A DNA stretch of 64,000 nucleotides from Azolla caroliniana (lineage: Eukaryota > Plantae > Polypodiophyta): NCBI GenBank assembly GCA_043228905.1, contig JBHGNT010000011.1, positions 14,818,001 through 14,882,000 of the forward strand, read 5' to 3'. The translations under genes and the position numbers were made by a program. Shown here piece after piece: positions 63,421 to 64,000 of this stretch (its first letter is position 1; the number at the start of each line of letters is the position of its first letter). Below the pieces are notes generated by a model that saw only the letters and a list, made by a program, of their open reading frames with translations, was not told where the DNA came from and did no database searches.

Positions 63421-64000
63421 ACCCTTTACGAGTAGCTAGCCCACCTCCACTCTTAGTTCAAGTTACCTTGAACTCTCTATGCTCCACACATAGACACAAA
63501 GATAATATCTTTTGCTCTACCTTATATATGATGAGAGCCGTATTTGTCGTGCCTATGTGGGATATCTCACAAATTTCTCTTTTCCTTTCACAAACTTTAT
63601 ACCCTCATATCTTGACATTTAGTTCTCTGTTTCTCGTGTAATAAAGTGCATTCGAAACTTCCATCATTTTGTACTTAGATATTAAATTTATTTAAAATGT
63701 TATCTTCACAATTATTGTATTATGTGATTCATACTCGATTTTGTACGTTTTATGGGATTTTCACACTATTGTCAAAAATCTTCATGATAACGGCTTACAT
63801 AAAAACAAGGGAGGGGAGCACTCCAGCGCTTAACGAGTTCGACGAGAGCAAGTACGATGGGGAGTGGCTCTAGATCGGCGGGTTCCTGAAGACAATGACA
63901 CCGGACATGGCGTGGACGGAGGAAGAGACCAACCGGATTCGGAAGAAAGTGTACCGGTTCTTCCTACGGGATAAGTGCATGTGGAAGCACCCGAAGAAGA

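Larger units (their letters stand above)
62583..63789 (-). mobile_element. gypsy-family solo LTR C (1207 bp) inserted in D
   Basis: Termini TGTCGTGAAGAT...ATCTTCATGATA; 4-bp TSD ACGG restoring FFETAYIK; second partial copy at 4321-4570. Confidence 0.9.
57515..64000 (+). mobile_element. Ty3/gypsy element D (E-related), degenerate, runs off the window
   Basis: 5' LTR 57515-58408, Trp PBS 58413-58431, gag-PR 58453-60530, pol to 62582 resuming at 63790. Confidence 0.93.

Overview
Land-plant nuclear DNA; a non-seed plant such as a fern is my inference from element types, not proven. Layout: (1) 1-7857, a nest of LTR retrotransposons: Tnt1/Tork-like copia A inside a gypsy LTR inside copia B. (2) 7858-16806, a ~9 kb tandem array of 26 tRNA-Asp(GTC) gene copies on the minus strand, ~350-360 bp units with higher-order structure, about 5 copies structurally intact. 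(3) A small gene island with a two-exon F-box gene (+) and a two-exon BAHD/HCT acyltransferase (-). (4) 29-64 kb, deeply nested copia and gypsy elements plus solo LTRs. The gypsy family is the most unusual element: tRNA-Trp primer site, 4-bp TSDs that always contain CGT/ACG, and a conserved G_GAU_UUU_UAG slippery site plus pseudoknot placing a -1 frameshift after the protease. One of its LTRs carries a tRNA-like Pol III promoter. All coordinates and counts were read by hand.
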